NCBI GenBank assembly: GCA_027451665.1 | Contig: DAIDIW010000001.1 | Coordinates: 159,773 to 223,772, forward strand | DNA: 64,000 nt | From: Candidatus Kaiserbacteria bacterium | GTDB taxonomy: Bacteria; Patescibacteriota; Minisyncoccia; Phycocordibacterales; Phycocordibacteraceae | Reading direction: 5' to 3' | Part shown: one piece after another, positions 1-8,213 of the stretch | Numbering within the stretch: the stretch's first letter is position 1 | Layout of the letters: the number at the start of each line of letters is the position of its first letter | Translations under genes and position numbers: made by a program | Notes under the pieces: model-generated | The model's database searches: none | What the model saw: the letters and a program-made list of their open reading frames with translations, nothing else | What the model was told of the DNA's origin: nothing

Positions 1-1041
1 CTCTCGTTTGCCGCAGGACTCATCCTCATCCTGCTCGGCATCACCTACGGCATCCAGCCGTACGGAGCATCGGTCATGTCCTGGGGAAGTCCTACGGTGC
101 TCGCGTATCTTATCGGCGGCGCGTCGCTCCTCGGCATCTTTGTTCTCGTGGAACGGCGGACGCGCACGCCTATGTTCGACCTCCGTCTCTTTAACATCCG
201 TGCCTTTGCCGCCGGGAATGCCGCGAGTCTGCTTTCCTCAATCGGCCGTGGCGGTTTACAATTCATGCTCATCATCTGGCTCCAGGGAATCTGGCTGCCG
301 CTCCACGGCTATTCCTTCGAATCGACACCGCTCTGGGCAGGTATCTTCATGCTGCCGCTCACGTTCGGGTTCCTCGTCGCCGGGCCGCTCTCGGGCTACC
401 TCTCGGATCGCTACGGCGCACGTCCGTTTGCGACCGGCGGCATGCTGCTCGGCGCGCTCAGCTTCGTACTCCTCATGCTCCTTCCGGTCGACTTCCCGTA
501 CTGGCTCTTCGGACTCATGATCTTCCTGAACGGCGTCGGTTCCGGGCTTTTTGCCGCACCGAACACGACCGGCATCATGAACGCGGTGCCCGCGCGCGAA
601 CGCGGACAGGCCTCCGGCATGCGCGCGACGACCATGAATGCCGGCATGGTCCTTTCGATAGGCATCTTCTTTAGCCTCATCATCGTCGGGCTCGCTTCCA
701 CGCTCCCGCAGGCGATCACCGCCGGACTCTCCGCCGAGCAGGTGCCCGCCCCGGTGGTGCATGAGATTGCCTCCGTGCCCGTTGTGAGCAGCCTCTTCGC
801 CGCCTTCCTCGGCTACAACCCGATGGCGACGCTCGTACCGCAGCAGACGCTCGCGAGCCTTCCTGCGAGGGACCGTCGCACGCTTGAGGGCACGACCTTC
901 TTCCCGCAGCTCATTGCGAAGCCCTTCATGGATGGACTCTCGATCGCGTTCACCTTCGCCGCGTTCCTCTTCCTCCTCGCGGCTATTGCTTCATGGCTGC
1001 GCGGCGCGCGTTACGTTCATGAGGAAGTTCTCACTACGTGA
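1..1041 (+). CDS. MFS transporter, DHA2/EmrB-like (5'-truncated by window edge)
   Basis: Frame open from base 1; many TM helices; motif GPLSGYLSDRYGAR (MFS motif A-like); APNTTGIMNAVP..RGQASG. Confidence 0.9.
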   Translation, partial: LSFAAGLILILLGITYGIQPYGASVMSWGSPTVLAYLIGGASLLGIFVLVERRTRTPMFDLRLFNIRAFAAGNAASLLSSIGRGGLQFMLIIWLQGIWLPLHGYSFESTPLWAGIFMLPLTFGFLVAGPLSGYLSDRYGARPFATGGMLLGALSFVLLMLLPVDFPYWLFGLMIFLNGVGSGLFAAPNTTGIMNAVPARERGQASGMRATTMNAGMVLSIGIFFSLIIVGLASTLPQAITAGLSAEQVPAPVVHEIASVPVVSSLFAAFLGYNPMATLVPQQTLASLPARDRRTLEGTTFFPQLIAKPFMDGLSIAFTFAAFLFLLAAIASWLRGARYVHEEVLTT

Positions 1042-1179
1042 GGCCGTTGTGCGAGTGCAGCCTACCTGCCTGAACGCAGGGGCGATACGCGCGGAACAAA
1101 AGCCCGACTTGATTCGTATTGAAGTTATTATGCCGCTCTCGCGTGCCCCCTCCGCCGCATATCCCGGTTGTCGAACGCT

Positions 1180-1800
1180 ATGCTGACCCACCTCATACAG
1201 ACGTTCGGGTATCTCGCCATATTCGTGCTCATGACGCTCGAGAGCGCGCTGCTCCCGATCCCCTCGGAGATCACGATGCCTTTCGCGGGCTACCTCGCGC
1301 GCCAGGGGACGCTCATTCTCTGGGTCGTGATTCTTGTCGGCACCGTGGGGAATCTCGTCGGTTCGCTCGCCGCGTACTACCTCGGCCATGTGATTGAGGA
1401 GCGCGCGCTCATTGGCTGGATACGGCGGTACGGCAAGTACCTGCTTATCCGGGAGGCCGACTATCATCGCGGTGTCGCGTGGTTCGCGAAATATGGCGGT
1501 CCAGCCGCGTTCTTTTCGCGCATTCTGCCTGGCGTGCGTACCTATCTCTCGCTCCCGGCCGGTATGTTCGAGATGAATCTGGTGAAATTCTCGGTGTATA
1601 CCTTTGCCGGGTCGTTGCTCTGGTCCGGTTTCCTTGCCTGGATAGGCTATAAGCTCGGCGGCCAGTGGGGGAGCGTCGGTTCGCTTGTTCGCATACTCGA
1701 ATATGCCGTAGGCGCGGGCGTTGTGCTCGCCGTCGCGTATTACCTCTATCGCCGGCTCGGCAATCGTCGGCGGGTAGGTACGAACAGGCTGGGATCCTAG
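1180..1800 (+). CDS. DedA family membrane protein
   Basis: LESALLPIPSEITMPFAG and FFSRILPGVRTYLSLPAG DedA motifs; alternative TTG start at 1168. Confidence 0.9.
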   Translation: MLTHLIQTFGYLAIFVLMTLESALLPIPSEITMPFAGYLARQGTLILWVVILVGTVGNLVGSLAAYYLGHVIEERALIGWIRRYGKYLLIREADYHRGVAWFAKYGGPAAFFSRILPGVRTYLSLPAGMFEMNLVKFSVYTFAGSLLWSGFLAWIGYKLGGQWGSVGSLVRILEYAVGAGVVLAVAYYLYRRLGNRRRVGTNRLGS

Positions 1801-1823
1801 GCGCATCGTGCTTTAATGGAAAT

Positions 1824-2174
1824 GTGACGAACATTCTCATCTATTTCGTGACGGGCGGCGTTGTGACGACCGCCATTGTCCTCCTCGAGGAGAGCGGTTT
1901 CCGCATCCTCTCCGGTCTCGCCACGCTCATGCCGGTCTTCACGCTCATCGCCTATTTCTTCATCGGCGAGACGAACGGCGGACGCGCGCTCAGCCAGCAC
2001 GCGGAACTCGTGCTCGTGGGCACGCTCGTCGCGTGGGTGCCCTACATGCTCGTTGTCGTTTGGCTCGCTCCCCGTCTCGATACCTATGAGACGATCGGGG
2101 CCGCGCTCGTCGTCTTCTTCGTACTCGCGCTTGGGTTCCTCCTCCTCACGCAGCATTTCGGCTGGTTCTCGTAA
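1824..2174 (+). CDS. Small 4-TM membrane protein (DUF3147/GlpM-like)
   Basis: Four hydrophobic segments starting ILIYFVTGGVVTTAIV; GTG start just after TGcTTTAAT. Confidence 0.65.
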   Translation: MTNILIYFVTGGVVTTAIVLLEESGFRILSGLATLMPVFTLIAYFFIGETNGGRALSQHAELVLVGTLVAWVPYMLVVVWLAPRLDTYETIGAALVVFFVLALGFLLLTQHFGWFS

Positions 2175-2222
2175 GGCGCTCCTCGCCGCCCCCTCACATA
2201 CGTGCGTGCTAGCATACGGCGC

Positions 2223-2894
2223 ATGGATACGCCTTATAAGACATACCGGGCGGTCTTGCGTATGCGCCGTCCTGAATATGAAGGCGTCGCGACCTACGTA
2301 TTTGCGTCGGAAGAACCGGTACCGTTCTCCGCAGGCGCGTATGTGCACATGCGGATCCCCGGGGTGCCCGAAGGGGAGAAGGCGGTGCGCGAATTCTCAA
2401 TCGCGTCAGCACCGGGCGACCGAGAGTTGTGGTTCGGCATAGACACGAGCTCAGGTAGCCCGTATCAGGCGGCGCTTGAGCGTCTTGCGATTGGCGAGAC
2501 CGTGGAACTCTTCAAGATTAAGACGCATTTCACCTGGCCGCCGGAAAATGAGGAGGTGGTCATGGTCGCGGGAGGTGTCGGCATCACGCCCTTCCGTTCG
2601 CAGATCATCGATCGCACGAATCGTAAGCTGCCGTTTACGCTTTCGCTCGTGCACGCCGCCCGCGGCGCGCACCTTTATGCGGAAGAGCTTGCGCCGCTCG
2701 TGAACGAGTACCACGAGACGGATCGCGCGAGCCTTACGGAGACGCTTGTCGCCGTCGCGTACGCGCATCCACGCGCGACGTATTTCATCGCCGGTTCCGA
2801 AGGTTTCGTCGCGAGTGTTGCCGGAATCCTCCGCGCACAAGGCGTCACGCGCATCGAGAGCGACAATTTCAGCGGCCTCGGCGAGCGTTTCTGA
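2223..2894 (+). CDS. FAD/NAD(P)-binding oxidoreductase (ferredoxin-NADP reductase family)
   Basis: REFSIASAP FAD motif; VAGGVGITPF NAD motif; FIAGS near C-terminus. Confidence 0.85.
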   Translation: MDTPYKTYRAVLRMRRPEYEGVATYVFASEEPVPFSAGAYVHMRIPGVPEGEKAVREFSIASAPGDRELWFGIDTSSGSPYQAALERLAIGETVELFKIKTHFTWPPENEEVVMVAGGVGITPFRSQIIDRTNRKLPFTLSLVHAARGAHLYAEELAPLVNEYHETDRASLTETLVAVAYAHPRATYFIAGSEGFVASVAGILRAQGVTRIESDNFSGLGERF

Positions 2895-2950
2895 GATTTT
2901 ACCGCTGTGGAAATCCTTGCGCGGTCGCTGCGCGGTATACTGCAAGCGAT

Positions 2951-4261
2951 ATGTCATTCGTCACGCTGCATCGCCACAAGGGAAAGGGGGTCGGACTCAT
3001 CGTCCTCGTCCTGCTTGCGGGAGGCGGGTACTGGCTCTACGCGCACGCGGCCGGTTCGGCATACGCGACACCTCAGGAAGCTGCGAGTGTCTACGTCCGG
3101 TTCGACATGGAGGCGTATGACAAGATCGCGCAGAACTACTGGAATAAGCTGAGCGACGCGCAGCTCGCCGAGCTCTTCACCCTGAGCGCGGACAAGGCCG
3201 CGAGCACCACCGCACTCTTGAAGGCAACCGACCGACCGACCACGGCAAAGATGCTTGCACAGATGTTCGCCATGGCGACGAGTTCGGCAGCCCGGAAGCA
3301 GCTCGCGCTCAAGACGCTCGCCGTAGCGCTCTACAATCTCGCGCCGTTCGGCCGCGATCAGCTGTTCACGAACGAGCAAACGACGGCACTGCGCCAGGAA
3401 GTGAGCAATGTGCACCCGAACGAGAACCTGTACGGCAATCTCGGACTCTCGAAGGGAGCCAGTGCGAGCGAAGTGCAGGCAGCGTATACCGCGAAGGCTA
3501 AGGCGTTGTCGGCGAGCTCGTCGCCCGCCGCAGCGCAGGCACTCCAGACAATCGCGTACGCGAAGCAGGTGCTCACGAATCCCGAGAGTAAGCAGCTCTA
3601 TGATTCCTCAGGCATACAACCTACGGTCTTTCCGCACATACTCGGCCATACGCTCTATCTCGATCTCTCGCAGATCGCGCCGACGACGCTCCAGGAGTTC
3701 GCGATCGCGGTCAACAATGCTTCCACGACGCCCGGTCTCGACAGTATGATCATCGACCTGCGCGGCAATATCGGCGGCGCGCTCGATTTCCTTCAGAATT
3801 TCCTCGGCCTTTTCATCGGTAACAATCAGTATGCATTCGACCTCTACCATCAGGGCCAGTATGAGGTGCAGCGAACCGTCCAGCCGAAGTTCGCCGAGCT
3901 CGATCGTTACACGGACATCGCCATCCTGACCGATCATATGACCCAATCGACCGCAGAACTCACGACGGCGACTTTCGAGCGCTACCATCTCGCGCACGTG
4001 GTCGGCACCACAACGCGCGGCTGGGGCACGGTAGAAAACACGTATCCGCTCAAGACCGCGCTTGACGGCTCGACCTACACGCTTCTGCTCGTGAACAGCA
4101 TCACGCTCCGTCCCGATAATCAGCCGATCGAGGGACGCGGCGTCGATCCGAACGTCAATACGAGCGTGCCGGGATGGCAGAGTAAGCTTTCGCAATACTT
4201 CCGTTCCGCAAGCCTGATTAAGGCGATTGAACAGGTGGCTGTCCAGAAACCGCTCCGGTAG
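2951..4261 (+). CDS. Membrane-anchored S41-family peptidase with J-domain-like insert
   Basis: N-terminal TM; IIDLRGNIGG; TQSTAE (SASASE-like); VGTTTRGWG; IEGRGVDPN; insert NLYGNLGLSKGAS..VQAAY..VLTNPESKQLYD. Confidence 0.8.
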   Translation: MSFVTLHRHKGKGVGLIVLVLLAGGGYWLYAHAAGSAYATPQEAASVYVRFDMEAYDKIAQNYWNKLSDAQLAELFTLSADKAASTTALLKATDRPTTAKMLAQMFAMATSSAARKQLALKTLAVALYNLAPFGRDQLFTNEQTTALRQEVSNVHPNENLYGNLGLSKGASASEVQAAYTAKAKALSASSSPAAAQALQTIAYAKQVLTNPESKQLYDSSGIQPTVFPHILGHTLYLDLSQIAPTTLQEFAIAVNNASTTPGLDSMIIDLRGNIGGALDFLQNFLGLFIGNNQYAFDLYHQGQYEVQRTVQPKFAELDRYTDIAILTDHMTQSTAELTTATFERYHLAHVVGTTTRGWGTVENTYPLKTALDGSTYTLLLVNSITLRPDNQPIEGRGVDPNVNTSVPGWQSKLSQYFRSASLIKAIEQVAVQKPLR

Positions 4262-4336
4262 CGCCGCGTTTTCGGCTTATTGCGTGTCGCCTGCGCAAGA
4301 GTACGATACGAGCATTACGAGCTAATCTTCCGATTC

Positions 4337-4597
4337 ATGATGTGGGACTACGGCTATGGCTATGGGCATCCGATGATGTGGGGCGGCGGGGGAGGCGTCA
4401 TCGGCGTCGTGTTCTCGATTTTCTGGGTGATTCTGCTTATCGTCGCGATCGTCTGGGCGATCCGGTTCTTGCGTCATTCACGCAGCAAGCACTGGGCGTT
4501 CTCGCAGAGCGCGCTCGATATACTGCGGGAACGGTATGCGAAGGGCGAGATAGATACCGCCGAATACGAGGAACGAAAGAAGACGCTCGAGAAGTAA
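4337..4597 (+). CDS. SHOCT domain membrane protein
   Basis: Gly/Met-rich N-terminus, one TM, ALDILRERYAKGEIDTAEYEERKKTL. Confidence 0.85.
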   Translation: MMWDYGYGYGHPMMWGGGGGVIGVVFSIFWVILLIVAIVWAIRFLRHSRSKHWAFSQSALDILRERYAKGEIDTAEYEERKKTLEK

Positions 4598-4612
4598 TTG
4601 AATCGCGTCTCT

Positions 4613-4648
4613 TACGAAAACCGTCCGGTCGTGCGGACGGTTTTCGTA
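4613..4648. terminator. Bidirectional intrinsic terminator
   Basis: Perfect 15-bp inverted repeat TACGAAAACCGTCCG/CGGACGGTTTTCGTA between convergent genes. Confidence 0.8.
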
Positions 4649-5134
4649 TCACCAGGCGCCAAGCGTGAATCGGAATCTGTCCCGGAGCACGCGATCGATG
4701 CTGTAGTAACGCCAGCATTTCCCGAGCCAGAGCGCGAGAAAGACGATGATGTAAATGATCGCGGTGCCGATATCGGTCGATCCGGCGACATACGGACCGC
4801 CGAAGCCTTCTGCGGTGCTCCAGATGACGAACGCCATGAGCATGCCACCTACCATCGTGACGCGTGTCGCCGCACCGAAAATAAGCCCGAGAGCGATCGC
4901 CGTTTCGGCAACCGCGACAATGATGCCGAAGAGATGCGGATTCACGGAGACCGTCTGTATCCAGAGATGAATCCAGGCCTGCACGGCCGCGGGCTGGCCC
5001 TGTGCACCGTCCACAAGATAGGAGGTAAAATTGTTGAGGAAGGCCGGCTGCCACTTGAAGGCGGCGTCAATGAGCCAGATGAATCCGAAAAGGATGCGCA
5101 AGAGCGCGAATGACTTGTCTTCGAGAGGTCTCAT
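4649..5134 (-). CDS. DoxX/DoxD-like membrane protein
   Basis: LLRILFGFIWLIDAAFKW; VAVAETAIALGLIFG; YSID near C-terminus. Confidence 0.8.
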   Translation of the reverse strand: MRPLEDKSFALLRILFGFIWLIDAAFKWQPAFLNNFTSYLVDGAQGQPAAVQAWIHLWIQTVSVNPHLFGIIVAVAETAIALGLIFGAATRVTMVGGMLMAFVIWSTAEGFGGPYVAGSTDIGTAIIYIIVFLALWLGKCWRYYSIDRVLRDRFRFTLGAW

Positions 5135-5238
5135 GCTTTCATGATACGGCACCATGCCGAGGAGCCGGTCCTTATGCACAAGCCCTCACAATGAATGAAA
5201 ATCCCGCGTAGACCGTAGATAGGAGAGTACACCCCACT

Positions 5239-5748
5239 ATGAAGAAAGCTATCATCGCCGCAGTAGTCGTGGCCGCCTCGGCCCTCTATCTTTTTATCCG
5301 GACGCCCGCGGCGTCCGCGACCCAGCCGCAGCCGGTTCCTATTTCAGCTAACGTACCGTCGACGACGAGCGCCGGTGCGCCGCCCGCGGGTGCAAGCCCC
5401 TCCGGTACACCGTCTTCCGGAGCGGCATCCGGGAGTGCGCCAACAGCGCCGTCCTCGGGTCAGTATAAGGACGGCACGTACACCGGTCCTTCGGTGAACG
5501 CGTATTGGGGATACGTGCAGGTCCGCGCGACTGTCTCCGGCGGAAAGCTTGTCCATATCGCGTTCCTCCAATATCCGAACGGCCACTCGGCATCCCAGTA
5601 CATAAATTCTCAGGCGATGCCGTACCTTACGCAGGAAGCGCTTTCCGTGCAGAGCGCGAATGTAAACATCATCTCGGGCGCAACGATGACCTCTATGGGT
5701 TTCCGCCAGTCGCTCGGTGCGGCGCTTTCAAAGGCTGCAAATAGCTAA
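5239..5748 (+). CDS. Exported FMN-binding (flavinylation target) protein
   Basis: Signal/anchor, Ser/Ala/Pro linker, YKDGTYTG, ISGATMTS flavinylation motif. Confidence 0.9.
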   Translation: MKKAIIAAVVVAASALYLFIRTPAASATQPQPVPISANVPSTTSAGAPPAGASPSGTPSSGAASGSAPTAPSSGQYKDGTYTGPSVNAYWGYVQVRATVSGGKLVHIAFLQYPNGHSASQYINSQAMPYLTQEALSVQSANVNIISGATMTSMGFRQSLGAALSKAANS

Positions 5749-5749
5749 C

Positions 5750-6505
5750 ATGCGCGCGGCGCGTCTCATCATGGGCATGCCCATCGAGATAGAAATCGTG
5801 GGCGAGGGAGAATCGATACGTGCAGCGCTCGAAGATGCGTTCGCCTACTTCACGCGCGTGGACGAGGAGTTCAGCACCTACAAGGAGAGCAGCGCGATTT
5901 CCCGCATAGACCGAGGCGAACTCTCGCTTGAAGAAGCAACCGAGGAGATGCGGCACGTCTTCGCGCTTGCCAAGGCCGCCAAGGAGGAGACCAAGGGCTA
6001 TTTTGATATACGCCGGCCGGACGGACATCTCGATCCTTCCGGCATCGTAAAGGGCTGGGCAATCGAAGAAGCGGCGGCGCACATCACCGCGGAGGGCTTC
6101 AAGGATTTTTTCGTCAATGCAGGCGGAGATATCGCTTCGTCGGGGCACAACGCCGATGGCGAGCCATGGTCGGTCGGCATCAAGAATCCTTTCGCGCAGG
6201 AGGAGATCGTGAAGGTCGTCTATCCGCGGGGGCGCGGCATTGCCACCTCAGGCTCATATGTGCGCGGTGCGCATATTTACGATCCCCACGATCCTGAGCA
6301 CCCGCTCGATGAGGTAAAGAGCGTTACCGTGATAGCGCCGTCCGTCATGCGGGCAGACATGCTTGCGACCGCGGCGTTCGCCATGGGTCGCGAGGGAATA
6401 GCGTTTCTCGAGGGACTGCCGGAGGTCGAAGGCTATCAGATTGATACGACGATGACCGCGACCATGACGAGCGGCTTCGGTCGCTTCATGCAATCACACG
6501 CCTAA
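5750..6505 (+). CDS. apbE: FAD:protein FMN transferase
   Basis: LDPSGIVKGWA, VNAGGDI, IATSG, HIYDP, ADMLATA; no signal peptide. Confidence 0.9.
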   Translation: MRAARLIMGMPIEIEIVGEGESIRAALEDAFAYFTRVDEEFSTYKESSAISRIDRGELSLEEATEEMRHVFALAKAAKEETKGYFDIRRPDGHLDPSGIVKGWAIEEAAAHITAEGFKDFFVNAGGDIASSGHNADGEPWSVGIKNPFAQEEIVKVVYPRGRGIATSGSYVRGAHIYDPHDPEHPLDEVKSVTVIAPSVMRADMLATAAFAMGREGIAFLEGLPEVEGYQIDTTMTATMTSGFGRFMQSHA

Positions 6506-6514
6506 TCTTTCCGT

Positions 6515-8017
6515 ATGCGCTTCATTCTCGACCGTATCGATCGCATCACCATGTATCGCCTCGTGCTGTATTACCTAGCGGTACTCCTCGTCGTTGGTGC
6601 GTTCTTCGGCGCTATTGGTACGCTCGCGCTCTCACCGGTCTCGATCCTCTGGTCTGCGCTCGTGCTTATCGCCGCAACCTGGATCGTAAATGAATTGTTC
6701 GCGTGGATCTTCGGTGTCGATACCAACCATGAATCGTTCCTCATCACGGCGCTCATCCTTGCGCTTATTCTCCCGCCGGCGGCGTTCTCTAACCTTTCCG
6801 CGACGGGTGACCTCGCGGTGGTTGGCGCGATCGCCGTCGCATCAAAATACCTGCTTTCAGCGGGAAAGAAGCACATTTTCAACCCAGCCGCTCTCGCGGC
6901 CGTGTTTGCGGCGTTTTTCCTCGCCCCGCCTACCTGGTGGGTGGGCGGTAATCTCGCGCTCCTTCCGTTCGTACTTCTCGGCGGGCTCGCCATAGCCTAC
7001 AAGATTCGCCGCTTCGATACGGTGATCGCGTTCTTTGTGGCGGCGCTCGCTACGGTCGCACTTACCTCGGGCGTCGTGCTCTCGGGGATTCAGACGACGC
7101 TCCTGTATTCGCCGCTTTTCTTCCTTGCGTTTGCAATGCTCACCGAGCCGCTCACGATGCCGCCTACGCGCGGTCTGCGTATCATCTATGCGGGCATCGT
7201 CGGCATTCTCTTTGCTCCCGCCGTACATCTGTGGTCGTTCTATTCGTCGCCTGAGCTCGGACTTGTGATCGGTAACGCGTTCGCGTATGTCGTGTCGCCG
7301 AAGGGCCGGTATTCGCTCGTACTCGTCGCGCGCCGGAAGCTCGCGGACGGTATTTATGAATTCGTCTTCCGGCCGGACCGGCCGATCCGCTTCCGGCCAG
7401 GACAGTACCTCGAGTGGACGCTCGGGCACGGCATCCCCTTTGATTCTCGCGGAAATAGGCGCTACTTCACCATTTCTTCAGCTCCGGAAGATCCGAATAT
7501 CGCGCTTGGCGTCCGCTTCTATCCTGATACTTCCGGGTTCAAGCGCGGGCTCGCGAATCTGAAGGCGGGGGATTCCATAATGGTTGGTTCGCTTGCAGGG
7601 GATTTCACACTGCCGAAGGATACCGGTAAGAAGCTTGCATTCATTGCCGGCGGCATCGGCGTCACGCCCTTCGCGTCGATGGCGCGCCACATGAATGCGT
7701 CCGGCGAGGTGCGCGATGCCGTCCTGCTTTACTCGAGTCGTCGCGCTGCGGATTTCGCCTACGGAGCAGATCTTGCAAAGGCGGCCGAGCACGGGTTGCG
7801 TACGGTCTATACGCTTACCGATGATGTTGCCCTGCAGGGTGCGCGCCAGGGGGCGATCACGGCCGCGGTCATCGCGGAAGAGATTCCGGACTATCATGAG
7901 CGCACGTTTTATGTCTCCGGACCGCCGGGCATGGTGCGCTCACTGAGGCAGCAGCTGCAGGAGCTCGGCGTCCACCGCCTCGCCATCAAGACCGATTATT
8001 TTCCGGGGCTCGCCTAG
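6515..8017 (+). CDS. RnfD/NqrB-like membrane domain fused to FNR-type oxidoreductase
   Basis: KHIFNPAA and MLTEPLTMP (RnfD-like); RYFTISSAP, IAGGIGVTPF, YVSGPPGMV (FNR). Confidence 0.88.
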   Translation: MRFILDRIDRITMYRLVLYYLAVLLVVGAFFGAIGTLALSPVSILWSALVLIAATWIVNELFAWIFGVDTNHESFLITALILALILPPAAFSNLSATGDLAVVGAIAVASKYLLSAGKKHIFNPAALAAVFAAFFLAPPTWWVGGNLALLPFVLLGGLAIAYKIRRFDTVIAFFVAALATVALTSGVVLSGIQTTLLYSPLFFLAFAMLTEPLTMPPTRGLRIIYAGIVGILFAPAVHLWSFYSSPELGLVIGNAFAYVVSPKGRYSLVLVARRKLADGIYEFVFRPDRPIRFRPGQYLEWTLGHGIPFDSRGNRRYFTISSAPEDPNIALGVRFYPDTSGFKRGLANLKAGDSIMVGSLAGDFTLPKDTGKKLAFIAGGIGVTPFASMARHMNASGEVRDAVLLYSSRRAADFAYGADLAKAAEHGLRTVYTLTDDVALQGARQGAITAAVIAEEIPDYHERTFYVSGPPGMVRSLRQQLQELGVHRLAIKTDYFPGLA

Positions 8018-8041
8018 CGGAGGAAGGCTGGGGAAGCGGTC

Positions 8042-8106
8042 TGTGTATAACATCCGCCGTACGAGCGCGCAGCTGCGCGCTCGTTTTCGCTATCCACTTA
8101 TCCACA
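8042..8106. promoter_or_regulatory. DnaA-box cluster
   Basis: TTATCCACA at 8098-8106 (+); TTATACACA at 8042-8050 (-); degenerate CTATCCACT at 8090-8098. Confidence 0.5.
8061..8087 (+). terminator. Intrinsic terminator of the FMN/ApbE/RnfD operon
   Basis: Palindrome ACGAGCGCGCAGCTGCGCGCTCGT followed by T run. Confidence 0.6.
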
Positions 8107-8213
8107 GCAGAAGGCGCTTGACCGTGCATTTGCGTTCATGAGCCAGGGGCGTACTCTGAACTTGTTTCTCGGGGGTTTCTTCCATTACACACGTGCACGG
8201 TAATTCGCTACTT

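Noticed and set aside
8018-8213. oriC
   Set aside because: Only two perfect DnaA boxes, no AT-rich unwinding element, no dnaA/dnaN nearby
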